64,000 nucleotides of DNA from IMG/VR virus record IMGVR_UViG_3300045988_092126; one strand, given 5' to 3'. The position numbers were made by a program, and so were the translations under genes. The notes beneath the pieces are model-generated. The model was not told where the DNA came from, searched no databases, and saw only the letters and a program-made list of their open reading frames with translations. Source of the DNA: a virus. Numbering within the stretch: the stretch's first letter is position 1; the number at the start of each line of letters is the position of its first letter. Shown here one piece after another: positions 7,019 through 15,800 of this stretch.

Positions 7019-8755
7019 ATGCAAAAATTCACAGAAGGTTCGCTTGAATGGTATCGGGCAATTTTAAATCAAATCATTAATGGTGATATGACGGTCTATC
7101 AAAACCAGAAAGATTGCCTTGATCTGCTGTTAAATATGAATATTGATCTTCCTTTCAAGGATAATCCAGATGCGCAACAGATGGGAATAAAGGTAAGCCA
7201 GTATGCACACAATATCGCAGAAAGGCAAGCTGCTATTACTGGAAGTGGAGATTTTGACGATATTTACTGGAAATATTTACTGTTGGAAGCACAGAACTAT
7301 CAAGTTGACAGTGGATTGCTTTACCTTGAAAAGAACCGAATTCCAAAAGAACGATTTTATGAACCACGAAGAAATGTGTTTTTGCAGCATAATATTATAA
7401 GTTCGTTGCAAGACCTGATGGACGATAAGCTTGATATATTTGCATTGAGCGTACCTCCTGGCTGTGGCAAATCGACTCTTGAAGATTTCTTTCTTTCGCT
7501 TGTTGGCGGATGGTTCCCCAATGATTTTAATTTATCATCTGCACATAGTAGTATTCTTACCCGTTCCCTATATGACGGAGTTTTGGAAATAATCAATGAT
7601 CCAGTTGAGTATACATGGCATGAAATATTTCCGAATGCGGAAATACAAGGAACGAATGCAAAAGAAACAACTGTTAACCTTGAAAGAAACGGACGTTTTA
7701 AAACATGGACGTTCCGATCAATTGACGGCTCTCTGACTGGTGCTACTCGTTGTAATAGATTTCTTACCGCCGATGACCTTGTATCTGGTATTGAGGAAGC
7801 GTTGAACAAAAACCGATTAGATACCCTGTGGACAAAAGTAGTAAATGACTTGCGTTCTCGTAGGCTAGAGGGTTGCAAAGAGTTTTATATAGCTACAAGA
7901 TGGTCAGTACATGATCCTATTGGAAAGCTACAGCAGTTATACGCTGGGAACCCTAGAGCAAGGTTTATAGCAGTACCGGCACTTGACGAGAATGGCAAAA
8001 GCAATTTTTTATTCACAGTAAATGGGTTCTCTGAGAAGTATTTCAACGATGCTAAAGAGTCCATGGACGAAATCTCTTATAACTGTCTTTACCAGCAACA
8101 ACCGGTAGAACGTGAAGGATTGCTACTTCCACCAGATAAGCTAAAAAGATTTTTCTTCGACAGAGAAGACGTGCCCGATGGATGCACGGACGAATACACA
8201 ATTATACCAGACAGAGAAGCAGATGCGATATGGGCAGTATGCGATACAAAAGACAAAGGAACCGACTTTGAATCATTACCGATTGCATATCAATATGGCG
8301 ATAAATTCTTTATTGTAGACGCCGTATTCGATGATACCACAGATTACGATATTTTGGACAGAAAGACCGCAGACATACTGACTAAACACAACCCACATAT
8401 GATTCGCTTTGAATCAAATAACGTCGGAAATCGTGTCGCTCATGACGTCCAAAAACTCATTGATGGGAAATGCCGAGCAGAAATAGAAACCAGACCTACT
8501 CAGGCAAACAAAGAGACGAAAATCCTTGTCAATTCAAATTATATTGTGAATCATTTTTATTTTTTACATCCAAGCCAGTATAAACCGAAGTCTGATTATG
8601 GGCTATTTATGGGGAATGTAACCACATATACCACAAGGGCAAAAGTAGCACATGATGATGGTCCTGACAGCTTGGCTATGATGTCGGAATACGTTCAAAA
8701 TCCGTTGGGCGGTAAAGCTAAAGCGATGCACAATCCATTTTGGGGAAGGAGATAA
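7019..8755 (+). CDS. terL: Terminase large subunit
   Basis: 578 aa. Walker A motif PPGCGKST and a C-terminal nuclease-type region. It sits just upstream of the portal gene. Confidence 0.85.
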   Translation: MQKFTEGSLEWYRAILNQIINGDMTVYQNQKDCLDLLLNMNIDLPFKDNPDAQQMGIKVSQYAHNIAERQAAITGSGDFDDIYWKYLLLEAQNYQVDSGLLYLEKNRIPKERFYEPRRNVFLQHNIISSLQDLMDDKLDIFALSVPPGCGKSTLEDFFLSLVGGWFPNDFNLSSAHSSILTRSLYDGVLEIINDPVEYTWHEIFPNAEIQGTNAKETTVNLERNGRFKTWTFRSIDGSLTGATRCNRFLTADDLVSGIEEALNKNRLDTLWTKVVNDLRSRRLEGCKEFYIATRWSVHDPIGKLQQLYAGNPRARFIAVPALDENGKSNFLFTVNGFSEKYFNDAKESMDEISYNCLYQQQPVEREGLLLPPDKLKRFFFDREDVPDGCTDEYTIIPDREADAIWAVCDTKDKGTDFESLPIAYQYGDKFFIVDAVFDDTTDYDILDRKTADILTKHNPHMIRFESNNVGNRVAHDVQKLIDGKCRAEIETRPTQANKETKILVNSNYIVNHFYFLHPSQYKPKSDYGLFMGNVTTYTTRAKVAHDDGPDSLAMMSEYVQNPLGGKAKAMHNPFWGRR

Positions 8756-8756
8756 T

Positions 8757-9179
8757 ATGGACACAAGAGAATATTTGAATCAAATCCAAAGATATGATAA
8801 AATCAGAAGAAACAAGCTCGAAGAGCTTGAATATCTTGAGTCTCTTGCACAAGGGATAAAATCTTTTTCATATGATTCTGAAAGAGTCCAGACATCCGGA
8901 CCATGCGACAAAATTGGAGAAACAGTAGCTAAAATCGTAGATTTAAAAAATGATATTATCGAAACTACAAATAAGTGTCTGGAAGTTCGCATTGAAGTTA
9001 CTAAAACAATTGATTCCGTGACTAACTCTGTTTTTTATGATATTCTTTTTAAAAGATATGCAGAAGGAAAGTCACTTGATGTAATCGCCGATGAAGTAGG
9101 TTATTCATATCAGAGGACTAAAGAACTTCATTTGTCCGCAATAGCAGCGGTGAAAAAAATAAAAGGGTTCGAATCTTAA
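8757..9179 (+). CDS. ArpU/RinA/DUF1492-like late transcriptional regulator (sigma-70 region 4-like HTH)
   Basis: 140 aa. The C-terminus reads FYDILFKRYAEGKSLDVIADEVGYSYQRTKELHLSAIAAVKKI. Confidence 0.6.
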   Translation: MDTREYLNQIQRYDKIRRNKLEELEYLESLAQGIKSFSYDSERVQTSGPCDKIGETVAKIVDLKNDIIETTNKCLEVRIEVTKTIDSVTNSVFYDILFKRYAEGKSLDVIADEVGYSYQRTKELHLSAIAAVKKIKGFES

Positions 9180-9182
9180 CTC

Positions 9183-9259
9183 CATACTGAAACATACTTA
9201 AAAACGTTGTATAATATAAAATGTAATAATGTAGCACTGGGGAAACTCAGTGCTTTTTT
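9183..9259 (+). promoter_or_regulatory. Repeated late element, copy 1: CATACT-N4-CATACT box, extended -10, hairpin + T-run
   Basis: CATACTGAAACATACT (9183-98), 11 nt gap, TG-n-TATAAT (9208-15), AGCACTG/CAGTGCT hairpin (9233-54), TTTTTT, CATGCA. A near-identical arrangement occurs at 24727-24800. Confidence 0.6.
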
Positions 9260-9285
9260 CATGCAGAAAAATAGGAGGATAGGCA

Positions 9286-10755
9286 GTGGGGAGAAACAAA
9301 ATAAACTTTGTTGACCTATGCCAAGGAGAGTTTGGCAGAAAGATTGCCTATACTGGCGTAGACCAGATTACTCCCCAGAATGTGGCACAGGTTCTTTCTG
9401 ATACAATTGGAATCCACAACAGGAACAGAACCTTGATAGATTATCTATACAGATATTACAAAGGCGACCAGCCGATTCTATATCGTGAGAAACTTGTTCG
9501 GCCTGAGGTTAATAACAAAGTTGTCGAAAATCATGCTCTTGAAACAGTAAAATTCAAGGCCGGACAGATATATGGAGAACCTATTCAGTATGTCTGCAAA
9601 AAGAAAAAAGCGAGTGAAAAAATAAATGAACAAGTTGACCGGCTCAATGATTATCTGGATGAAGCCAACGCAGATGCCAGAAACATTCAGCTGGGGATAT
9701 ACCAGAGTGCAGTAGGAACTGCATATAAAGCAATCCTGAGAGAGGATGAATGGACAAAGGATGGAGACTTACCGCCTTTTAGAATATTTATCCCATCACC
9801 GCAGGATGTATATATTGTTTATTCAAGCGTTACTGGCAAACCAGTGCTTTCCGTCCAGATTTTAAAAGACGAGAACAATCAGCAGTATTACCAGTGTTAT
9901 TCTTCCAGACAGTATTTCAAAATTCAAAATGGAGCGGTAACAGAATCTGGAATCAATGGTTTTGGTGGTATTCCTATCATTGAATATCCGAATAATCACG
10001 ACAGACTTTCCGACATTGAAATTGCGATTACAATGTACGACGCAATCAACAAATATCAATCTGACAGACTGAATGGGGTTGAACAGTTCGTGCAAGCCCT
10101 GATGAAATTTAAAAACTGTGAGATTGATGAAGCAGAGTTCGTAAAGATGGTTAAACTAGGTGCGGTATCGGTAAAAGATGTTGGAAACGGAACACAATCA
10201 GACGTTGATTTAATGACCGCCGAACTAAACCAGTCAGAGAGCCAGGTTGCAAAAGACGACATTTACAATAATATGCTGATTGTCGAAGCAATGCCAAACC
10301 GACAAAGCAATACCGGTGGAGATACAGGCAATGCAGTATATCTAAGGAATGGTTGGGATTTCGCTGAACGCGATGCAAAGCTAGTAGAAGCATTCACAAA
10401 AGAATCCGAAAAGGCATCTGCCAGAATCATTTTGAATATCATTCGAAAAACATCAATGGATGTAAATATTTCAACCAGAGATTTCGATGTAAAAATCACC
10501 AGAAACCCGACTGATAATATGCTTGTTAAAGCGCAAGCACTTGATTATCTGTTTAAAAATAAAATTCATCCGCTTATTGCGTTGATTACTTGCGGATTAT
10601 TTAGTGATCCGCAAAAAGTATACGAAATGAGTTTGCCATATCTTGGGACCATTTATCCTGAATTAGCAGACCCAAACTCAGAGCTTCAAAAAGCACAAGA
10701 ACTGTTAGGGAATTTTAATCCAATTTCTCTGAATAAGGATGTGGTCAAAGAATGA
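9286..10755 (+). CDS. Portal protein (SPP1 gp6-like), GTG start
   Basis: 489 aa, positioned after terL. Contains ...YLYRYYKGDQPILYR...VVENHALETVKFKAGQIYGEPIQY. Confidence 0.8.
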   Translation: MGRNKINFVDLCQGEFGRKIAYTGVDQITPQNVAQVLSDTIGIHNRNRTLIDYLYRYYKGDQPILYREKLVRPEVNNKVVENHALETVKFKAGQIYGEPIQYVCKKKKASEKINEQVDRLNDYLDEANADARNIQLGIYQSAVGTAYKAILREDEWTKDGDLPPFRIFIPSPQDVYIVYSSVTGKPVLSVQILKDENNQQYYQCYSSRQYFKIQNGAVTESGINGFGGIPIIEYPNNHDRLSDIEIAITMYDAINKYQSDRLNGVEQFVQALMKFKNCEIDEAEFVKMVKLGAVSVKDVGNGTQSDVDLMTAELNQSESQVAKDDIYNNMLIVEAMPNRQSNTGGDTGNAVYLRNGWDFAERDAKLVEAFTKESEKASARIILNIIRKTSMDVNISTRDFDVKITRNPTDNMLVKAQALDYLFKNKIHPLIALITCGLFSDPQKVYEMSLPYLGTIYPELADPNSELQKAQELLGNFNPISLNKDVVKE

Positions 10756-11411
10756 GTAAGACAGCTTCTTATGACGAATTAAACGTCAGAGAACTCGGCA
10801 ACCGCAGGAGCGAACCGTATAAAGAATATTTCAGCAAAATGTCGATATCAGATAAAGAAAAACAAGAAAGGATAGCTTTTTCCGAAAAAATGGAAGAAGT
10901 TGTCCTTTATATTTTGGCACTGATAGAAACAACAATAGAAAGCGGAGAAACGAAACGAGAATACATCCAGACTCAATTTTATGACAAATATCTGGATGTA
11001 ATTGCTTCGTATATGCTTATAGATACATATATCAAGCAATATGCCACTGATATAACAAAGCAAATTATTGATATAACATTCGAAAGGCTTTCTTCTGAAG
11101 ATAAAAGCATTACTGATGATTATTACCTGTCAAATGACCGGGCAATGTTTATTTCAGAGTGCGAAGCTAATTCGATGCTGAACTACAGACAGTATTCGAA
11201 AGCTGTGAAATCAGGAAAGACCAAAAAGAAATGGATTGACGTAGGAGACAAAAGAGAACGAAAAACACACCTCGAAGTCGGAGGAACCACGCTTCCGATT
11301 GGCGAACCGTTCTCAGTTGGAGATAGCTTGCTACAATTTCCAAAAGATACCTCATTAGGAGCTTCGGCAGACGAGATTGTGAATTGCCGGTGCTCAATTC
11401 AATACAGTTAA
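10752..11411 (+). CDS. Head morphogenesis / minor capsid protein (SPP1 gp7, MuF-like)
   Basis: C-terminal ...RERKTHLEVGGTTLPIGEPF...NCRCS. Its position after the portal gene fits. Confidence 0.7.
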   Translation: MSKTASYDELNVRELGNRRSEPYKEYFSKMSISDKEKQERIAFSEKMEEVVLYILALIETTIESGETKREYIQTQFYDKYLDVIASYMLIDTYIKQYATDITKQIIDITFERLSSEDKSITDDYYLSNDRAMFISECEANSMLNYRQYSKAVKSGKTKKKWIDVGDKRERKTHLEVGGTTLPIGEPFSVGDSLLQFPKDTSLGASADEIVNCRCSIQYS

Positions 11412-11414
11412 TTT

Positions 11415-11441
11415 AGAGACGAGTAAAATCGTCTCTTTTTT
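11415..11441 (+). terminator. Intrinsic terminator
   Basis: AGAGACGA-gtaaaa-TCGTCTCT followed by TTTTT. Confidence 0.7.
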
Positions 11442-11535
11442 ATTAAAAAAATATGCACCCCGATAGCGTAATCATGGGAGACACCTTGAGCTGAGCGAAC
11501 AGCGTAAAAAAGCGTATTGGTGACAGGAGATTTCA

Positions 11536-12162
11536 ATGACAAGAGAAGATGTTAAAAGGATTTTTCCAGATGCAACCGATGACCAGATTACTTCTTTTCT
11601 GAATCAGTCAAATTCTGATGTGGCTAAAGAGAAAGCAAAAGCCCAGAAAGCAAAAGAACAGGCTGATAAAGCAGAAGCACTGGAAAAAGAACTGGAAGAA
11701 TTAAAAAAACAGAACATGACTGAAGCTGAGAAAGCAGAACTGGAACGTCAGAAAGAAAAAGCTGCAAACGAAAAAAGAATTTCTGACCTTGAATCTGCAC
11801 TTGCAACTTCCCAGAAAGAAGCTCTGACAGGCAAAATTACTTCTATTTTTGCTAATGCAGGAATGAAAGGAGATGCCTATGCAGGAGCAATCAAAGCGTT
11901 TTCCAACATGAACGCAGAGGATGCTCTCAAAGAAGCCCAGACATTTGTCGATGGAATTTCCGTAGAAAATAAAAACGCTCTTGATACCGCAAAAGCAGCT
12001 TGGGAGAAAGAAGCACTTGAAAATACACCTAATCCCGGTGGCGGTAAATCTGGTGGAGAACCAGAAAAGAAAAGCGAAGCATCTGAATACGCAAAAGCGT
12101 ACTCAGCAAAAATGTGTCCAGAAAATAAACCGGCAGACGATAATGCCCCAGTAAATATTTAA
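11536..12162 (+). CDS. Scaffolding protein
   Basis: 208 aa, highly charged, K/E/A-rich coiled coil, located upstream of the capsid gene. Confidence 0.7.
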   Translation: MTREDVKRIFPDATDDQITSFLNQSNSDVAKEKAKAQKAKEQADKAEALEKELEELKKQNMTEAEKAELERQKEKAANEKRISDLESALATSQKEALTGKITSIFANAGMKGDAYAGAIKAFSNMNAEDALKEAQTFVDGISVENKNALDTAKAAWEKEALENTPNPGGGKSGGEPEKKSEASEYAKAYSAKMCPENKPADDNAPVNI

Positions 12163-12180
12163 GAAAAGGAGATTTAGATT

Positions 12181-12525
12181 ATGGCTTTTATGAAAACAGA
12201 GCAATACGAATCCACACCTAATATCCTCGAATCTGAGGTAGGACTGGTACTTAAAACCTATACAGCAGAACAGACAAATGCTGAAACCGTTGGAACTAAG
12301 AAGATTATCAAAGCAGGTTCTGTATATCCGACAAACGCAACTGGTGCTAAAGGCATCGTGTTTGAAGATGTTGATATGACAGACGATGCTAAGAGACCGA
12401 TTTCCGTTATTGTTGCAGGACGTGTTCTTGAAAAAAGACTTCCGGTAACAGTAGAAACCACTGCAAAAACAGAGCTTGAAAAAGCAGGTATCGTTTTTGT
12501 GACTACTACAGACCCAGAATTTTAA
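12181..12525 (+). CDS. Small head protein (decoration or head-fibre candidate)
   Basis: 114 aa, located between the scaffold and capsid genes. Confidence 0.45.
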   Translation: MAFMKTEQYESTPNILESEVGLVLKTYTAEQTNAETVGTKKIIKAGSVYPTNATGAKGIVFEDVDMTDDAKRPISVIVAGRVLEKRLPVTVETTAKTELEKAGIVFVTTTDPEF

Positions 12526-12538
12526 GGAGGTACAGCAG

Positions 12539-13576
12539 ATGCCATTTAATATTTTAGAATCAATCACACCGGAAGAAAGACTTAACTTTTCTCAGGATTT
12601 CAGCGTAAAAAGGCCGGGCATTCTTGACACCATCTTCCCGGATGTCAAAACACAGTTTCTGAAAGCTGAATACTACAGACTTATGGCTGGACAGAGACTT
12701 CCAGAGGTAGCATTCGTTCATGCACTTGATACTGAAGCAGAAATCGGAACAAGACCGGGCTTCGAAAAAGTCCTGACTGAAAAGCTCTTTATTAAGAGAA
12801 AAATCAATCAGTCTGAGAGATTACAGCAGGCAATTGAAAATGGTGTGCCGGATGATGAGAATTTAAAGAAATTTGTATTTGATGATGCAGCTAATCTGTT
12901 TGAAGGAGTTGTTGCTAGAGCAAATGTCATGAAAGGCCAATTTCTTAGCACAGGTGTTGTAAAAATTAAAGAAAACAATGTGGATATGAGCATTGATTAT
13001 GGCGTTCCGTCCGATGCAAAAGTAGAAATGACAGACTGGTCTAAACCAGATGCAGATATCATGGGTGATATCCAGAAGATGGTCGCTATTGCAGAAGATA
13101 ATGGATTTGTGGTAAACAAAGCCCTTACCTCTCTCAAAATGATTAACTATATGAGAAATAACACTGCAATGCAGACCGCAGTTTTAGGAGCAGCTAACAA
13201 ACGTCTTCTGACCAAACAGGAACTCGCTAATCTGCTTATGCAGGAATACGGAATCACAATTGATCGCTGCGACGAGAAATTCAAATTCAGAAAAGCGGAT
13301 GGTTCTCTCAAAACAGGAAGATACTTCAAAGAAGATGTATTCACACTGTATGAAGCAGAGCCAAACGGTTCATTTGGTACTGGACTCTGGGGCGTAACAC
13401 GAGAGGAACTTGAATACAGACAGTTTATACAAGAAGAGAACCGTTCTTTCGTAACACTGTCTATGTGGGCCACTCCAGACCCTGTGGCAGTATGGACAAA
13501 AGCATCCGGTATGTTTGTTCCAGTAGCAGCAAAAGCTAATGGCGGTATCGTAATCGGTACCAAAGCGGGGGAATAA
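12539..13576 (+). CDS. Major capsid protein
   Basis: 345 aa. Position and size fit, and the sequence has a major capsid protein E-like character. Confidence 0.8.
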   Translation: MPFNILESITPEERLNFSQDFSVKRPGILDTIFPDVKTQFLKAEYYRLMAGQRLPEVAFVHALDTEAEIGTRPGFEKVLTEKLFIKRKINQSERLQQAIENGVPDDENLKKFVFDDAANLFEGVVARANVMKGQFLSTGVVKIKENNVDMSIDYGVPSDAKVEMTDWSKPDADIMGDIQKMVAIAEDNGFVVNKALTSLKMINYMRNNTAMQTAVLGAANKRLLTKQELANLLMQEYGITIDRCDEKFKFRKADGSLKTGRYFKEDVFTLYEAEPNGSFGTGLWGVTREELEYRQFIQEENRSFVTLSMWATPDPVAVWTKASGMFVPVAAKANGGIVIGTKAGE

Positions 13577-13659
13577 ACGGGCATAGTCTCGACAAGAACA
13601 GCCAGTCACCATCTGTAGCAAGTGTTAAACACAAGTATACAGAAAGCGAGCTGTCAAGC

Positions 13660-13764
13660 ATGACAGTGGTTCAGTTGAAACAGCTCGCAAGTGACAATGG
13701 CTATGCCCTGACATCGACAAACAAGGCTGGTATTATCTCAGAAATTTTATCTCAGCAAGGGTAG
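13660..13764 (+). CDS. HeH/Rho-N-like (SAP-type) peptide, either a 34 aa ORF or the end of a -1 frameshift extension of the capsid protein
   Basis: MTVVQLKQLASDNGYALTSTNKAGIISEILSQQG. There is no SD upstream. The same frame is open back to 13540, overlapping the capsid 3' end. Confidence 0.4.
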   Translation: MTVVQLKQLASDNGYALTSTNKAGIISEILSQQG

Positions 13765-13774
13765 GTGATCTTAA

Positions 13775-14101
13775 ATGGACGAACGGCTTGTAAATGATCT
13801 GAAAGAGTATCTATCCGATGATGCGGAAACTGACGGTATGATTTCTTTGTCTGTGAAGCGTGCAATTCGTTCGTTCAAAAAGAAACGCAACTATCCGTCT
13901 GGATATACAGATGAAAAAATCAATACCGATATGGAATACTGTTATGATTGCATATTTGATCTGGCTCTCTATTTCCTTGTGAAACAGGGGGCCGAGTTCC
14001 AAGAATCGCACTCTGAAAATTCAGTAAGTCGAAAATGGGAATCCGAAACGGAAATATATATCAATCATGGCGTTTTTCCGTTTGCAGGAAGTTTAATTTA
14101 A
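13775..14101 (+). CDS. Head-tail connector (gp6-like DNA packaging protein)
   Basis: 108 aa. The character of LKEYL..DD...D..I...V.RAI and its position after the capsid gene fit. Confidence 0.6.
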   Translation: MDERLVNDLKEYLSDDAETDGMISLSVKRAIRSFKKKRNYPSGYTDEKINTDMEYCYDCIFDLALYFLVKQGAEFQESHSENSVSRKWESETEIYINHGVFPFAGSLI

Positions 14102-14213
14102 TAAGATGGTTGGGTCACGTGGCACAGTATTTTTGTCCTCCCGGAGTGCCGCTGGGTTGCTTATATTCAGTAGGGAAAAGCAAATGTTAAGGGAGTGAAG
14201 AAAGGAACTGGCG

Positions 14214-14525
14214 ATGGGATGTGAACATGAATGTTTTAATGAACACCGCATAGAAGAATTAGAGAATAGTCTTCGACAGATGCAAGAGAGACAATCCGAC
14301 CGCCATAAAGAGTTTTATGAGCGTATCGGGGAACTGGAAAGAAAGACAGCATTAAGTGAGAATGACTTGAACCATATCAAGTCAACTGTGGATGAGATGA
14401 ATAACAATATAAAGACTCTCATGGCAGTTCCAGGAAAGCGCTATGATACAATTATTGTATGTGTTATTACGGCAATTGTCGGCGCGGTTATCGGATTTAT
14501 GTTAAACGGCATTCTTCCAGTTTGA
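14214..14525 (+). CDS. XhlA-like protein (coiled coil + C-terminal TM)
   Basis: 103 aa. N-terminal coiled coil and C-terminal IIVCVITAIVGAVIGFMLNGIL. The call rests on architecture only. Confidence 0.45.
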   Translation: MGCEHECFNEHRIEELENSLRQMQERQSDRHKEFYERIGELERKTALSENDLNHIKSTVDEMNNNIKTLMAVPGKRYDTIIVCVITAIVGAVIGFMLNGILPV

Positions 14526-14554
14526 TTCCACTTGTAAGGGAGGACGGTGGAAAT

Positions 14555-14809
14555 ATGAATTATACAGACTTTTCAGAAGATGAAAGAAAATTTTACTTAA
14601 AAGAAGCAGGATTCGATTCCAGAGAAGAAAAACTGTTTCGTTTACGGGTTTATGGCGAGAAAACACTATGGGAAGCAGCTGAACTTATGGGGTATAGTCC
14701 AAGAACCATAGACCGAATTAATAAAAGAATAAAGAAGAAAATTTCTAAAGTTGCCCCGATGTACTGTCGGGGCTTTTCTTTGTATTGTGGCGAAAACGTG
14801 GCGAAATAG
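14555..14809 (+). CDS. Small sigma-70 region 4-like HTH protein
   Basis: Internal ATG with a GGAGG RBS. ...EKTLWEAAELMGYSPRTIDRINKRIKKKI. Confidence 0.55.
   Translation: MNYTDFSEDERKFYLKEAGFDSREEKLFRLRVYGEKTLWEAAELMGYSPRTIDRINKRIKKKISKVAPMYCRGFSLYCGENVAK
14753..14781 (+). terminator. Intrinsic terminator lying inside the last 19 codons of the preceding ORF
   Basis: GCCCCGA-tgtactg-TCGGGGC followed by TTTTCTTT. Confidence 0.65.
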
Positions 14810-14964
14810 TGACGTTCAAAAACAGAGTTCCTTCCTATATAATATAATCATAGGAGAAAACACAATGATTATGTTAAGAAACCCTTACGAGGGTATATGG
14901 GAAAAGCATCGTTCTATAGATGATATGGATATGATTCTTGAATCCCGGACAGGAGGAACAGATT

Positions 14965-15462
14965 ATGGCAGGTTATCCGTATTATCCGCAACAACCAATA
15001 ATAAACAATCCATACGGACAGATACAGCCGTATCAGGACAGGCTGGCGCAATTGCAGAATAATTACCAACAGGCAATGCCTTATGGTCAAATACAGATGC
15101 AACAGTTACAGCCGGTTCCACAATCACCTATGCTTCAAGGACAGATGGTGGATGGGATTGATACTGTAAAGGCTAAAGATGTGGATATGTCCGGCAATCC
15201 TGTTTACTATCCAAAAACAGACGGAACTGAAATTTACAGAAAACAGCTTCAATCCGATGGAAGGAGCAGAATTTTTGTTTACCGACTCGTAAATCCAGAT
15301 GAACAGCAATCTAAGCAAGATGAAAAGCAGATTGATATTGAAGCAATGTTTAATCAGCTTCGGAATGATGTTTGTTCGGAGATTTCTGAAATAAAGAATA
15401 TGTTTCCGACGCAGATGTCGGGGACATCGGAACCTAAGCAGAATGGAGGTAGGCAGAGATGA
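14965..15462 (+). CDS. Q/P/Y-rich low-complexity protein with a globular C-terminal domain
   Basis: AGGAGG RBS. MAGYPYYPQQPIINNPYGQIQPYQ...MQQLQPVPQSPMLQGQ, then VDGIDTVKAKDVDMSGNPVYYPKTDGTEIYRK. Confidence 0.65.
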   Translation: MAGYPYYPQQPIINNPYGQIQPYQDRLAQLQNNYQQAMPYGQIQMQQLQPVPQSPMLQGQMVDGIDTVKAKDVDMSGNPVYYPKTDGTEIYRKQLQSDGRSRIFVYRLVNPDEQQSKQDEKQIDIEAMFNQLRNDVCSEISEIKNMFPTQMSGTSEPKQNGGRQR

Positions 15463-15704
15463 CATTCAATCCAAACGCCATGATGAAAAAGCAATTTGAG
15501 AAAATGATCTCTCAGAGGTTCGGAAGTGTTGACAACATGATGAACGATATGAGCAAATTTGCAGGTAACAATCCAACATTGAAAAATGCTTTGGATTTAT
15601 ATAAAAAAGGTGATACAGACCAGTTACATCAAATACAGCAAAATGTATTTAATGAAAAGCACTTATCTCCAGATGGAATTATACAAAAATTCCTTGGATT
15701 ATAA
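15459..15704 (+). CDS. Hypothetical protein
   Basis: 81 aa with an ATGA overlap to the upstream gene. Confidence 0.55.
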   Translation: MTFNPNAMMKKQFEKMISQRFGSVDNMMNDMSKFAGNNPTLKNALDLYKKGDTDQLHQIQQNVFNEKHLSPDGIIQKFLGL

Positions 15705-15800
15705 CACTTCCCCACAATTGGGTGATTAAAAATCGCTACAATTCGGGACGACAGCCGCGGATGTCTCCTATTGTAAATAAAATTTAAGGAGACTAAAAAC

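Noticed and set aside
14865-15062. 65 aa ORF (MIMLRNPYEGIWEK...) with a good RBS that overlaps the Q-rich gene.
   Set aside because: Its last 32 codons or so are an out-of-frame reading of the Q-rich gene. It may be a short leader ORF, but I cannot support a protein call.
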